Positions 10,434 to 19,546 are shown, counted from the stretch's first letter. The stretch: 29,254 bases of DNA from Pseudomonadota bacterium (GCA_022571175.1 JACZYI010000001.1:1-29254), one strand, 5' to 3'. Notes: generated by a model not told the origin, from the letters alone. Numbers and translations are program-made.

Positions 10434-11996
10434 ATGGCCCTGATAAAATCCATTTCTGTTGTGAGCGGCCTGACCCTTGTCAGTCGGTTTTTTGGTTTTT
10501 TTCGAGACGTTTTGTTGGCCCGATTTTTAGGGGTGAGCCTAGCTGCAGATTGTTTTTTTGTGGCCTTCAAACTTCCTAATTTTTTTCGGAGACTGTTTGC
10601 GGAAGGCGCGTTCAGCGCGGCTTTTGTTCCAATATTTTGCGGAATTTTAGGCCCGGGAGATTCAGATATACAAAAAGCGGCGGCCCGCGGATTTGCTGAA
10701 GCTACTTTGGCGCTGTTACTGCCCTTTTTGTTGATTTTCACGGCTTTGATGCAGACCTTTATGCCCTGGACTTTAATTGTGATAGCCCCGGGCTTTATCG
10801 ATGAGCCGGGAAAATATGACCTGGCGGTTGAATTTACGCGCGCCACATTTCCCTACCTCATGCTGATCTCGCTGGTTTCCCTTCTGTCTGGTGTGCTCAG
10901 TGGGCTTAATAGATTTTCCGCCGCTGCCGCTGCACCGGTTTTGCTGAACCTGACCTTAATTCTGTCACTCATTTTCTTTCATGAGACGCAAATAATGACA
11001 GGTCGTGCATTGTCCCGGGCTGTTACCATCGCTGGTGTGATTCAGCTCTTCTGGCTCATAATCGCGGTTAGCCGGTCTGGCATGCCTCTGCGATTATCCT
11101 GGCCCCGTATTACGCCCCAGATGAAAGAGCTTTTTCGCGTGATGTTACCCGCCATTGTGGGTGCTGGAGCCATTCAGATAAATTTGGTTATTGATATTAT
11201 TCTCGCGTCTTTTCTACCCGAGGGTTCTTTATCCTACCTCTTTTATGCGGACCGTCTCAATCAGTTACCCATTGGCGTCATAGGGGTTGCTGTCGGAACG
11301 GTTTTATTGCCTACCCTTTCGAGGATGCTGGCGGGTGGTGAATTAGGTAAAGCAAATAATGCCCAGAATCGAGCGGTGGAAACGGCACTGCTTTTAACCC
11401 TGCCCGCGGCTCTGGCGCTGATTATAATTCCCATGCCCCTCATAAGCGTTTTGTTTGAACGCGGCGCTTTCACGGCTGCAGCGACCAACAATACGGCCAT
11501 GGCTTTAATGGCCTATGCTGCAGGATTGCCGGCCTACGTGCTCATCAAGGTTCTTGTGCCTGGATTTTATGCGAGGAAAGACACTCTAACACCGATGAAA
11601 ATCGGTATAGCCACGGTTGTTATCAATACCGTCCTTAATATCATTTTGATGATCCCGCTGCAGCATGTGGGACTGGCGCTGGCCACGGCAATTTCAGCTT
11701 GGGTAAATGCGGGCCTTCTGTTCTTCTATCTATGGCGCCGCGGTCATTTCCAGCTCGATTCACGTCTAAAGCAGAGGATCTTGCGGATTGTCATCTCAAG
11801 CGCTTTTATGGGCGCGCTGCTGGCCTGGGGGGCAGGTTTTGCTGACCCGTGGTTCAAGGGAGATCTGGTGACAAAGATTGCGGCAATCCTTTTCTTGGTT
11901 TTGGGCGGCATAATAAGCTACGGTCTTGCCGCGATCATAACTGGCGCAGTTAAGGGCTCGGAGGTGGCGGGTGTGATGAAGCGTGAGCGGAAATAA
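10434..11996 (+). CDS. murJ: Lipid II flippase MurJ (MviN)
   Basis: SRFFGFFRDV, AFKLPNFFRRLFAEGAFSAAFVP, YADRLNQLPIGVIG; multi-pass TM protein. Confidence 0.96.
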   Translation: MALIKSISVVSGLTLVSRFFGFFRDVLLARFLGVSLAADCFFVAFKLPNFFRRLFAEGAFSAAFVPIFCGILGPGDSDIQKAAARGFAEATLALLLPFLLIFTALMQTFMPWTLIVIAPGFIDEPGKYDLAVEFTRATFPYLMLISLVSLLSGVLSGLNRFSAAAAAPVLLNLTLILSLIFFHETQIMTGRALSRAVTIAGVIQLFWLIIAVSRSGMPLRLSWPRITPQMKELFRVMLPAIVGAGAIQINLVIDIILASFLPEGSLSYLFYADRLNQLPIGVIGVAVGTVLLPTLSRMLAGGELGKANNAQNRAVETALLLTLPAALALIIIPMPLISVLFERGAFTAAATNNTAMALMAYAAGLPAYVLIKVLVPGFYARKDTLTPMKIGIATVVINTVLNIILMIPLQHVGLALATAISAWVNAGLLFFYLWRRGHFQLDSRLKQRILRIVISSAFMGALLAWGAGFADPWFKGDLVTKIAAILFLVLGGIISYGLAAIITGAVKGSEVAGVMKRERK

Positions 11997-12026
11997 TCGG
12001 CAGCAGGTTTTGTGGGGATGCATAGT

Positions 12027-13049
12027 ATGAAAAACTCTGGAAATACGGGCAAAGTACGTGTGTTTTCCGGTGCTCAGCCGTCAGGTGATATGCATCTTGG
12101 AAATTACCTCGGGGCTTTCAAGAATTGGGCGCGCCTTCAGGCGGATCATGAGTGTATTTTCTGTGTTGTTGATCTGCATGCCATTACGCTTTTTCAGGAT
12201 CCCAAAATTCTGGCCAGTCAAACCAGGGAGGCCGCTGCAGCCTATATAGCTGCCGGGGTTGATCCCGATCGCTGCATTCTTTTCAATCAAAGCCGGGTCT
12301 CTGGGCATGCTGAGCTGGCCTGGATATTTAACTGTGTAGCCCGGGTTGGTTGGCTTGGCCGCATGACTCAGTTCAAGGATAAAGCAGGAAAAAATCGCGA
12401 AAAGGCGAGTGTCGGACTCTATATTTATCCAACTCTGATGGCTGCCGATATTCTCCTTTATAAAGCCAGTCGGGTTCCTGTGGGAGCGGACCAGAAACAA
12501 CATCTCGAACTGACCCGTGATATTGCTCAAAAGTTTAACAATGATTTTGGTGTGGATTTCTTTCCGCTTGTTGACCCGGTCATTACGGGCGAGGCCACCC
12601 GTGTCATGTCTCTTCGTGATGGCAACAAGAAAATGAGCAAATCAGACCCATCAGAAATGTCACGAATAAATTTAACTGATGATGTGGATGTCATTGCCAG
12701 AAAAATTCAGAAAGCCCGAACGGACTCCGGCGAGATACCCGATAATGTTGAGGGCTTGAAGGATCGCCCCGAAGCGGCAAATCTCATTGCTATTTATGCT
12801 GCCCTCTCTGATCAAACCCGCGCCCAGGTCTGTGAGGACTTTGGAGGTCGGGGATTCTCGAATTTCAAGGCGGCCTTGACTGAATTGGCGGTTACTGTTT
12901 TGGGTCCCATAACTAGCGAAATGAAGCGACTGAAAGATGACCCGGCCTATATGGACAGCATCCTGGATGCTGGCGCCATAAAAGCACGGGAGTTGTCCGA
13001 GCCTGTGTTGAGGGAAGTTCGTCAGATTGTGGGTTTTCTGGGCGTCTAG
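12027..13049 (+). CDS. trpS: Tryptophan--tRNA ligase
   Basis: [12 protein letters not shown]-like [32 protein letters not shown]. Start could be 12012, 12018 or 12027. Confidence 0.97.
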   Translation: MKNSGNTGKVRVFSGAQPSGDMHLGNYLGAFKNWARLQADHECIFCVVDLHAITLFQDPKILASQTREAAAAYIAAGVDPDRCILFNQSRVSGHAELAWIFNCVARVGWLGRMTQFKDKAGKNREKASVGLYIYPTLMAADILLYKASRVPVGADQKQHLELTRDIAQKFNNDFGVDFFPLVDPVITGEATRVMSLRDGNKKMSKSDPSEMSRINLTDDVDVIARKIQKARTDSGEIPDNVEGLKDRPEAANLIAIYAALSDQTRAQVCEDFGGRGFSNFKAALTELAVTVLGPITSEMKRLKDDPAYMDSILDAGAIKARELSEPVLREVRQIVGFLGV

Positions 13050-13133
13050 GACAGGGCATCGCATCAAGCTGTTCATTGTGTATTCATGTGCAATTGGCTA
13101 GGTTGACTCTCGTTACATTCGGAGAGAAGCGTC

Positions 13134-13853
13134 ATGTTTTCAATACAGTCGGTCGTATGCAAGGTGTTTTGGGCTTGTTTGTTAAGCGTGAGCCTTGCTG
13201 CCTGCACCAGCGGTATTCGCTCCGAAGTGGTCAGTTTCCATAAGTTGCCATTGCCGGCTGGCGAGCGCATTGCCATTGTTCCCCTAGATGACGAAATGAC
13301 TGCAGGTCCGGAATTTGAGCATTATGCGAATCTGGTTGGTGCCAAGCTTAGCGCTTTGGGATATACCCCGGTGGGGTCTGGTAATGCTGATCTAATTGTT
13401 AAAATCTCCTATCAGATTTCCGAGGGACGGGACAAGATTCGCGAATTACTGGGCGGGCGTATGGGCCTGACCTACCATTATCCTTATTCTCCGGCATTTG
13501 GTCTTGGCTATTCATTCCACCCGTTTTCGTATTATTTCGGGCATGGTTATGGTTTCGGGCATGGTTATGGTTTCGGGCATGGTTATGGGTACGGATACGG
13601 ATACGGATATGGACTTCGTGCGGGATATAGCGACTATTATTCCTACACCATTTATACTCGGTCGCTCGAAATGAAAATCGAATCGACTGAGGGCGAAATT
13701 ATCTATGAAGGTCGGACTGTAAGCGAAGGGCTTAAAAAGAATTTACCAGAAATCATGCCTTATCTGATTGAAGCCATGTTTACAAATTTCCCCGGCGAGA
13801 GCGGCGTGACCCGGACGGTGCGAGTGGAAATCGCCAATGGAAAAAGTTATTAA
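13134..13853 (+). CDS. DUF4136-like lipoprotein with a Gly/Tyr/His-rich low-complexity loop
   Basis: Lipobox LAAC at residues 21-24; Y.RSLEMKI...GE.IYEGRTVSEG...MPYLIEAMFTNFPGESG C-terminus typical of DUF4136 proteins. Confidence 0.7.
   Translation: MFSIQSVVCKVFWACLLSVSLAACTSGIRSEVVSFHKLPLPAGERIAIVPLDDEMTAGPEFEHYANLVGAKLSALGYTPVGSGNADLIVKISYQISEGRDKIRELLGGRMGLTYHYPYSPAFGLGYSFHPFSYYFGHGYGFGHGYGFGHGYGYGYGYGYGLRAGYSDYYSYTIYTRSLEMKIESTEGEIIYEGRTVSEGLKKNLPEIMPYLIEAMFTNFPGESGVTRTVRVEIANGKSY
13535..13613 (+). repeat. Three perfect 18-bp tandem copies (TTTCGGGCATGGTTATGG) followed by TACGGA-type hexamer repeats
   Basis: Copies at 13535-13552, 13553-13570 and 13571-13588; TACGGA x3 plus TATGGA at 13590-13613. 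Encodes (FGHGYG)3 then YG repeats. Confidence 0.95.
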
Positions 13854-13916
13854 TCCTTGATTGTCTCACCCTTTGCTCCAATCTGAATCCCAAGTGCAAC
13901 TGGATGGCGGTATTTT

Positions 13917-14915
13917 ATGTGGAAACGTCTATTTGGCGGTGTTTGGCGAGCAGCCAGATGGATTCGAGATCGATGGGAGAGCATCTACTTACGGATTCCT
14001 CCCCGTGGACGAAAATTCGTCGGATTGGCCATGCTGGGACTGCTGGTGCTTTATTATCCGGTTGGAATGGTGCTCACCCACCGTATTGACGACAATCCAG
14101 ATTTTCGTCCTGATCAACTGATCGAAATTCCAGGCGGCAGTCATGCGGTCGCCGTGATGGCTGGGTTAATTGAACGGGAAGTGATGGAGCATGAATGGGT
14201 GGCGAATGATCCCTTTTTTAAGCCCGCTGCCCTACTCGACAACATGCCCAACTTCCAACAGGGGATGTTATCGGCCTTTGCCCGGTTTGCGATAGAATTG
14301 CGCGATCAGATCGGACGCACGCGTGGCTCAAGCACCACTGATCCGGATTTGGATCTGGCTGCCGGATTGCTTCCTTATCCGGGGGATATCTGGATTTTTG
14401 ATTTTGCAACGTCATTACTGCCAACGGCATCTTCCGAGCGGCAGTATATACGCGCTCGGGCTGCCCTTCTGGCATATAATGGGCGTCTGGCTTCAGGAGA
14501 GGCAGTGTTTGAACGCCGAGCAGATAACCTTTTGGCAACACTTGATCGCATTGCCCTTGATATTGGTGCCTCTTCTGCGGCGCTGGATGCTCATGTCAGA
14601 GAACATGCTTCTGACTGGTTTGATTTTGAGGCCGACGATCTCTTCTACACCGTAAAGGGTCAGATTTATGCCTATTACATGATTCTGAAAGCGCTCAAGG
14701 AAGACTATCTGACTATCATTCAAAACCGCGAAATTTTGTCTTCATATGATCAAATGCTTGCCAGCATGCGGTCTCTAGCTCTTTTGGACCCTTTGGTGGT
14801 TACGAACAATAGTCCCGATGGACAAATCATACCCAATCATTTGCTGGCACAGGGGTTCTACCTCTTAAGGGCACGCACACAGCTTAGAGAAATTACCAAT
14901 ATCCTCCAGAAATAG
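13917..14915 (+). CDS. DUF2333 family protein with N-terminal membrane anchor
   Basis: WVANDPFF, LDNMPNFQQG, RDQIGRTRGSS..DPDL, FERRADNL..TLDRI, DDLFY.VKGQ.YAY, NH...QGFYLLRA motifs. Confidence 0.8.
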   Translation: MWKRLFGGVWRAARWIRDRWESIYLRIPPRGRKFVGLAMLGLLVLYYPVGMVLTHRIDDNPDFRPDQLIEIPGGSHAVAVMAGLIEREVMEHEWVANDPFFKPAALLDNMPNFQQGMLSAFARFAIELRDQIGRTRGSSTTDPDLDLAAGLLPYPGDIWIFDFATSLLPTASSERQYIRARAALLAYNGRLASGEAVFERRADNLLATLDRIALDIGASSAALDAHVREHASDWFDFEADDLFYTVKGQIYAYYMILKALKEDYLTIIQNREILSSYDQMLASMRSLALLDPLVVTNNSPDGQIIPNHLLAQGFYLLRARTQLREITNILQK

Positions 14916-14994
14916 ATCATTTTGATTGATTTCTTTTCCCTTGAATAATCTTCCCCACTTGCGCTTTTGAATTTCTGTTGCCAAGCTTCATATT

Positions 14995-15516
14995 ATGACT
15001 GAAGCCACAGCAAACAAAAACAGTGATAAAGCTCCCTTTCGCCCGCTCGCAAGCCGTCGAAGGCGTTTTGTTGTTGTTGTGGATGATTCGCCTGAATGTC
15101 ATGTGGCAATTCGTTTTGCCTCTGGTCGAGCCGCCCACGTGGATGGGGGAGGGCTTGTTCTTTTCCATGTAATTCCGCCCGCTGAATTTCAGCACTGGAT
15201 GGCGGTAGAAGATCGCATGCGGGAAGAATCACTTGAGGAAGCCGAATTGCTTATGAAGGATGTGGCCGACACTGTTTACAATTACTGCGGTGTGCACCCC
15301 GAAGTGGTAATTCGTCAGGGCCAGCCCAAAGAGGAATTGCAAAATTTTATTGAACAAGAAAAGGATTTGTTTGCCCTCTTTCTTGGCGCGGATACCGAAG
15401 GCGAACCTGGCCCGCTGGTTTCCTATTTTTCCGGCCCGCTGGTCGGATCGCTTCGCTGCCCGGTTGTTATTGTGCCGGGATGTCTTGAAGATGATCAGAT
15501 TGATGAGATGGTTTAA
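14995..15516 (+). CDS. Universal stress protein (alphaproteobacterial type)
   Basis: RRFVVVVDDSPEC..A.RFA, FQHWMAVE..MREE, LFLGA...GEPGPLVS, PVVIVPG.L.D.QID. Confidence 0.9.
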   Translation: MTEATANKNSDKAPFRPLASRRRRFVVVVDDSPECHVAIRFASGRAAHVDGGGLVLFHVIPPAEFQHWMAVEDRMREESLEEAELLMKDVADTVYNYCGVHPEVVIRQGQPKEELQNFIEQEKDLFALFLGADTEGEPGPLVSYFSGPLVGSLRCPVVIVPGCLEDDQIDEMV

Positions 15517-15540
15517 CGAATTTTCAAGCTCAGCAAACTA

Positions 15541-15569
15541 TTGACAACATCGGCTTTTAGCCTCATATG
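15541..15569 (+). promoter_or_regulatory. Putative sigma70/sigma32-type promoter for the nfu gene
   Basis: TTGACA (15541-46), 17-nt spacer, CATATG (15564-69). The -10 context CCTCATAT resembles the RpoH CCCCATNT motif. AAGAGG RBS follows. Confidence 0.55.
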
Positions 15570-15591
15570 CAAATCAAGAGGAAAATAGTCC

Positions 15592-16137
15592 ATGTTTATA
15601 GAAACCGAACATACGCCCAATCCATCAACGCTAAAATTTATGCCCGATCAAACCGTACTGGAATCGGGCGGAATACATTTTGATGGCCAGCAATCGGCCA
15701 GAAATTGTCCCCTGGCTTTGGTGGTTTTTGAGGTGGAGGGCGTTTCGAAAGTATTCCTGGGTCAGGATTTTATTTCGGTTACTATCGATAACAATGACTG
15801 GGTTGAAATGAAGCCTCAAATCCTGGGTGCAATAATGAACCATTATGCCTCGGGCCAACCGGTGATAAATGATTCTGACGAATCTGCAGAAATTTCGAAT
15901 GGAAATGACAGCGAGATTGTAAGTCAAATAAAGGCCATATTGAACGAGAAAGTAAAACCCGCGGTTGCCAGAGATGGTGGTGACGTGGTCTTTGAAGATT
16001 TCAAAGAGGGGATTCTTTATTTGAGTCTAAAGGGAGCCTGCATGGGCTGCCCATCCTCTATCATCACCCTGCAGCATGGTATAAAAAATCTCATGCATTA
16101 TTACGTGCCCGAAGTAAAAGACGTGCAGCAGGTCTAG
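15592..16137 (+). CDS. NifU/Nfu-family Fe-S cluster carrier (Nfu_N + NifU_C)
   Basis: MFIETEHTPNP.TLKF.P, VKPAVARDGGD, GACMGCPSS (CxxC), TLQHGIKNL. Confidence 0.93.
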   Translation: MFIETEHTPNPSTLKFMPDQTVLESGGIHFDGQQSARNCPLALVVFEVEGVSKVFLGQDFISVTIDNNDWVEMKPQILGAIMNHYASGQPVINDSDESAEISNGNDSEIVSQIKAILNEKVKPAVARDGGDVVFEDFKEGILYLSLKGACMGCPSSIITLQHGIKNLMHYYVPEVKDVQQV

Positions 16138-16155
16138 ATCACACCTGAAACCCGC

Positions 16156-17193
16156 TTAGGGCACATAAAAGAACCATCCCCACCAATACCAGCGACCATC
16201 GCCTGCGGGCAAAGTGCAGTTGATTCGATTGCGACCACGCGGGAAGGGCGTTTGAAGTTCAATGCGAAAAATACCATTTTCTAACTTCCTTATCTCAGCA
16301 GGCTCAGTTTGGTGGGAGGGATAACAAGCGATCAACTCCATATCAGGCAAGGGTTTTTCAATCATGAATTCAATTCCAGAAGTGAAATCAGCTTTTGAGA
16401 TAACCGTGTCTGCGGGAGAAATCCGGTCCAGGGGCCAGGCGCGTGCGTCTATAATATCTCTAAATCGCGATGATTCTCCATACCGCTCATTGATCGCAAA
16501 GCGTGGCAGACTATAGGGATCGGACTCCGGGCCTATGGCGCCAGAATATTGAGCAAACGCAAGATCAAAGCCCAAATTTTGTATCAGACCAGAAAGTACT
16601 CGGTCATACTCGCCGTATGGATAGGCAAAATATTTTGGCACAAATCCGAGCTCTGCCTCAAATCTGGCACTGGCGCGTAAGATATCATCCTGGGCCTCAT
16701 CCAAGCCTTCATCAATCATATGTATATGACCTGCACCATGATGCCCGATTTCGACTCCATCAGCTACAAGTACCCGAATTTCGTTCCAGGTCAGATATCC
16801 GGTGAGATTTTGATCAATGGCATCGGTTGCCACGAACAAAATCAGGGGAATGCCTGCTCTTTTCAATCTGGGCCAGGCCTCCGTTAACACTGAGTAGTAG
16901 GCATCATCTATGGTCACGATTGTTGATTTATCTGCCAGTACTGTGCGTCCGGCCAGAAAATCATTCAAATCCCTGGCGGAAACAGGAGAAATATTTTCCG
17001 CCTTGATTAAGTCCAGATGAGCTTCAAATTGTTCCAACCGGACATTGGTCGACGGTATATTCTTTTCCCCAAAACGATGATAGATCAAGGCAGTTACTGA
17101 AGGCGTTCCGGAATTCTCCTGAGCGAAGCTATTCGGAAAATACGTCAAAAGAATCAACCCAGAGAGGATCATTATTCTTTGGAAATTACTCAT
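16156..17193 (-). CDS. Exported polysaccharide deacetylase (CE4/NodB-like)
   Basis: Signal-peptide-like N-terminus; YHRFGE, TIDDAY, GHHGAGH, FAYPYGEY, LPRF; C-terminal RINCTLP..DGRWYWWG. Start could be 17193, 17199 or 17214. Confidence 0.85.
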   Translation of the reverse strand: MSNFQRIMILSGLILLTYFPNSFAQENSGTPSVTALIYHRFGEKNIPSTNVRLEQFEAHLDLIKAENISPVSARDLNDFLAGRTVLADKSTIVTIDDAYYSVLTEAWPRLKRAGIPLILFVATDAIDQNLTGYLTWNEIRVLVADGVEIGHHGAGHIHMIDEGLDEAQDDILRASARFEAELGFVPKYFAYPYGEYDRVLSGLIQNLGFDLAFAQYSGAIGPESDPYSLPRFAINERYGESSRFRDIIDARAWPLDRISPADTVISKADFTSGIEFMIEKPLPDMELIACYPSHQTEPAEIRKLENGIFRIELQTPFPRGRNRINCTLPAGDGRWYWWGWFFYVP

Positions 17194-17324
17194 AATCATT
17201 TTTTTTCGACACATCTTTCGATTTAAGCTCTTCTTAGCTAGTCTGGCACTATAGCTTTTTTATTGATTGATGCGAAAGGGTCTGGTCAGGTCATCATCTG
17301 CAATCCGAGAGGAAGGAAACCGAG

Positions 17325-17918
17325 ATGTCACATATTGTAAATGATGAAGCTCTGGACGAGCTTTTTCGGGAGGCGCGGTCTCACAACAGCTGGCAGGACA
17401 AGCCGGTATCAGATGTGACCCTTCAAGCGCTCTATGATCTTTTACGATGGGGGCCTACGAGTGCAAATTGCTCACCTGCCCGCTTTTATTTCCTCAAATC
17501 AATGGAAGCCAAGAAAAAATTGAAACCGCATTTGATGGGGGGAAATGTGGAAAAAACCATGACTGCCCCCGTTTGCGTTATTGTTGCCATTGACAGCAGG
17601 TTTTATGAGCATATTCCAGCGCTATTCCCTCATAACCCTGAGATGCAAGCGGCATTTTCCGAAAATGAACCGTTGGCAGAGGAAACAGCCATGCGCAATG
17701 GATCTTTGCAAGGGGCTTATCTGATTTTAGCAGCGCGTGCACTTGGCTTGGACTGCGCCCCCATGTCTGGTTTTGATGCAGAAGGCGTTAATGCGGCATT
17801 TTTCCCTGAGGGCCGTGTTAAGTCCAATTTTTTGTGCGCACTGGGATATGGTGATCCAGCGGGCCTCCATCCAAGAGGACCTCGATTGAGCTTTGATGAC
17901 GCCTGTAAAATTTTCTGA
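17325..17918 (+). CDS. Malonic semialdehyde reductase / RutE-like nitroreductase
   Basis: [71 protein letters not shown]. Confidence 0.9.
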   Translation: MSHIVNDEALDELFREARSHNSWQDKPVSDVTLQALYDLLRWGPTSANCSPARFYFLKSMEAKKKLKPHLMGGNVEKTMTAPVCVIVAIDSRFYEHIPALFPHNPEMQAAFSENEPLAEETAMRNGSLQGAYLILAARALGLDCAPMSGFDAEGVNAAFFPEGRVKSNFLCALGYGDPAGLHPRGPRLSFDDACKIF

Positions 17919-17938
17919 TCGGTGGCGCCGGAAAAAAG

Positions 17939-18637
17939 ATGATCACACTTGCCTTCGATACATCCCTGGATAAATGTTCGGTCGCCGTCGGCGATGATGA
18001 CAAGCTATTGGCAAGCTCTGAGGTGAATGTTTCCAGGGGGCATGCTGAACTGCTGATGCCGATGATCCAAAAAACCATGGCAGAGGCAAATGTCGCCATG
18101 AATGAGATTGACCGCAGTGCGGTTGTTGTGGGACCGGGAACCTTTGCCGGGGTCAGAGTATCGGTAGCGGCCGCCAATAGCCTGGCCTTGGCCTTGGGTT
18201 GTTCAGTGATTGGAATTTCAACACTCGAAGCGCTTGTCGCTAAAGCAATTCAGGACCGGGTTGTTGAGAATCCGGGTAAAAAATTTACAGTGTTTTTGAG
18301 TGTGGGCAGGGCAAATATATTCTGCCAATCCTTTCAGACCGGAACGAGTGAATTGGCTAAACCACTTGACAGTGCCAGGCGAATTGAGAGGAGCGAACTA
18401 TCTGCACTCCTGGATCCCCCGGATCTACTGTCCGTTCTCTGGTCGGGCCTTGAGACATCAGATTTGATAACAGGACATATGCGCAGTTTTTTCGTTGAAT
18501 ATAATGCCGAAACCCTCCTCTTCTGGTCCAAAAATTTGAAAATGGCTAAAGCACAATGTCGAATTGAACCTGTGTATTTGCGTCCCCCTGATGCTAAAAT
18601 TGGGAAAAGGAGCTTTTCCCCCGCTAATCTGGCTTGA
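17939..18637 (+). CDS. tsaB: tRNA threonylcarbamoyladenosine biosynthesis protein TsaB (divergent)
   Basis: LAFDTS...CSVA, GHAELLMPMI, GPGTFAGVRV, GISTLEAL, PVYLRPPDAK; typical position in this cluster. Confidence 0.88.
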   Translation: MITLAFDTSLDKCSVAVGDDDKLLASSEVNVSRGHAELLMPMIQKTMAEANVAMNEIDRSAVVVGPGTFAGVRVSVAAANSLALALGCSVIGISTLEALVAKAIQDRVVENPGKKFTVFLSVGRANIFCQSFQTGTSELAKPLDSARRIERSELSALLDPPDLLSVLWSGLETSDLITGHMRSFFVEYNAETLLFWSKNLKMAKAQCRIEPVYLRPPDAKIGKRSFSPANLA

Positions 18638-18683
18638 AGCAAAGGGATGGCAGCGCCTGATTTTATACTATCTTGAGAGGGTT

Positions 18684-18914
18684 ATGAAGCCATTCAAAGC
18701 CAGGGATATTGAGTTCTTGATGGTGGATATGGCCTCGTCTCATGTGACCAATAATCAAATGCCCGTTAAAGAGGTGCCCAATGTTTTTTCAAGATTAAAT
18801 TCGCTATTTTCTACCCAAACCTCCAGCCCGTCCAGCATATGGCCACTAACGGCAGATATGGGCAATCGGACTGTGCCTATACCGGGGAAAATTCCTGAAT
18901 ACCGGTTATTATAA
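18684..18914 (+). pseudogene. Truncated MucR/Ros-like protein or remnant: N-terminal domain only, no zinc finger
   Basis: GAGAGG RBS then ATG 18684. LMVDMASSHVTNNQMPVKEVPNVFSRLNSLFS aligns by eye with the MucR pattern LT.DIV.AHVSNN.VP..ELP.LI..V..AL. TVPIPGKIPEY resembles AVPI.KS.TPDY. Stop comes before the C-x-x-(C/D) finger. Confidence 0.65.
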
Positions 18915-19043
18915 AATGCTGCGACTGCTCTGGTTTGATAGACTGTATTGATTTATAAGTGATTCAAATAGTGCATGGGGTGAAGTCGGTTATGCACACA
19001 ATGGTTGGTGCTGATACCATCACCCCTTGCTAAGAGGCGGAAC

Positions 19044-19472
19044 ATGAAAAAACCGACACTGGATATTGTATCCATTTGCATGGAAAAGGGTATGCGCATG
19101 ACTGACCAACGGCGCGTCATTGCCCGCGTATTATCTGGTGCTGTGGATCACCCGGATGTGGAAGAGGTCTACCATCGGTCAACCGCAATCGATTCGAACA
19201 TTAGCATTGCCACCGTATACCGAACGGTTCGCCTGTTTGAAGAGGCCGGCATCCTAGAGCGCCATGATTTCAGGGATGGCCGATCACGCTATGAGCCTGT
19301 TTCTGACGACCACCACGATCATTTGATTGATGTGGAAACGGGGGCTGTACTCGAATTTCAAAATGAAGAGATTGATCGGCTTCAAGAAAAAATAGCGCGC
19401 GAAATGGGGTACAAGCTTGTGGATCATCGCATGGAATTATATGGTACGCGACGGGAAAAAACGAAGGACTAG
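19044..19472 (+). CDS. Fur-family transcriptional regulator
   Basis: GMRMTDQRRVIARVL..A.DHPDVEEVY, ISIATVYRTVRLFEEAGILERHDFRDGRSRYE, HHDHLID, LVDHRMELYG. AGAGG RBS before ATG 19044. Confidence 0.93.
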   Translation: MKKPTLDIVSICMEKGMRMTDQRRVIARVLSGAVDHPDVEEVYHRSTAIDSNISIATVYRTVRLFEEAGILERHDFRDGRSRYEPVSDDHHDHLIDVETGAVLEFQNEEIDRLQEKIAREMGYKLVDHRMELYGTRREKTKD

Positions 19473-19546
19473 GCTCTTTTCATCCACATCGGGGCAGGAA
19501 TGCGGGGCGCAGCTTGGCATTCTGGACATGTGGGCGGCTCTTAATC

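Noticed and set aside
13535-13613. Short direct repeats considered as a CRISPR array
   Set aside because: Repeats are contiguous with no spacers, in frame within a CDS, and no cas genes are present.
18564-18683. N-terminal extension of the 116-aa ORF from the track
   Set aside because: It overlaps the tsaB 3' end, has no similarity to anything I recognise, and a better RBS+ATG lies at 18675-18686.
18948-18968. TTGAT...TCAA considered as an FNR/FixK box
   Set aside because: Spacing does not fit TTGAT-N4-ATCAA.
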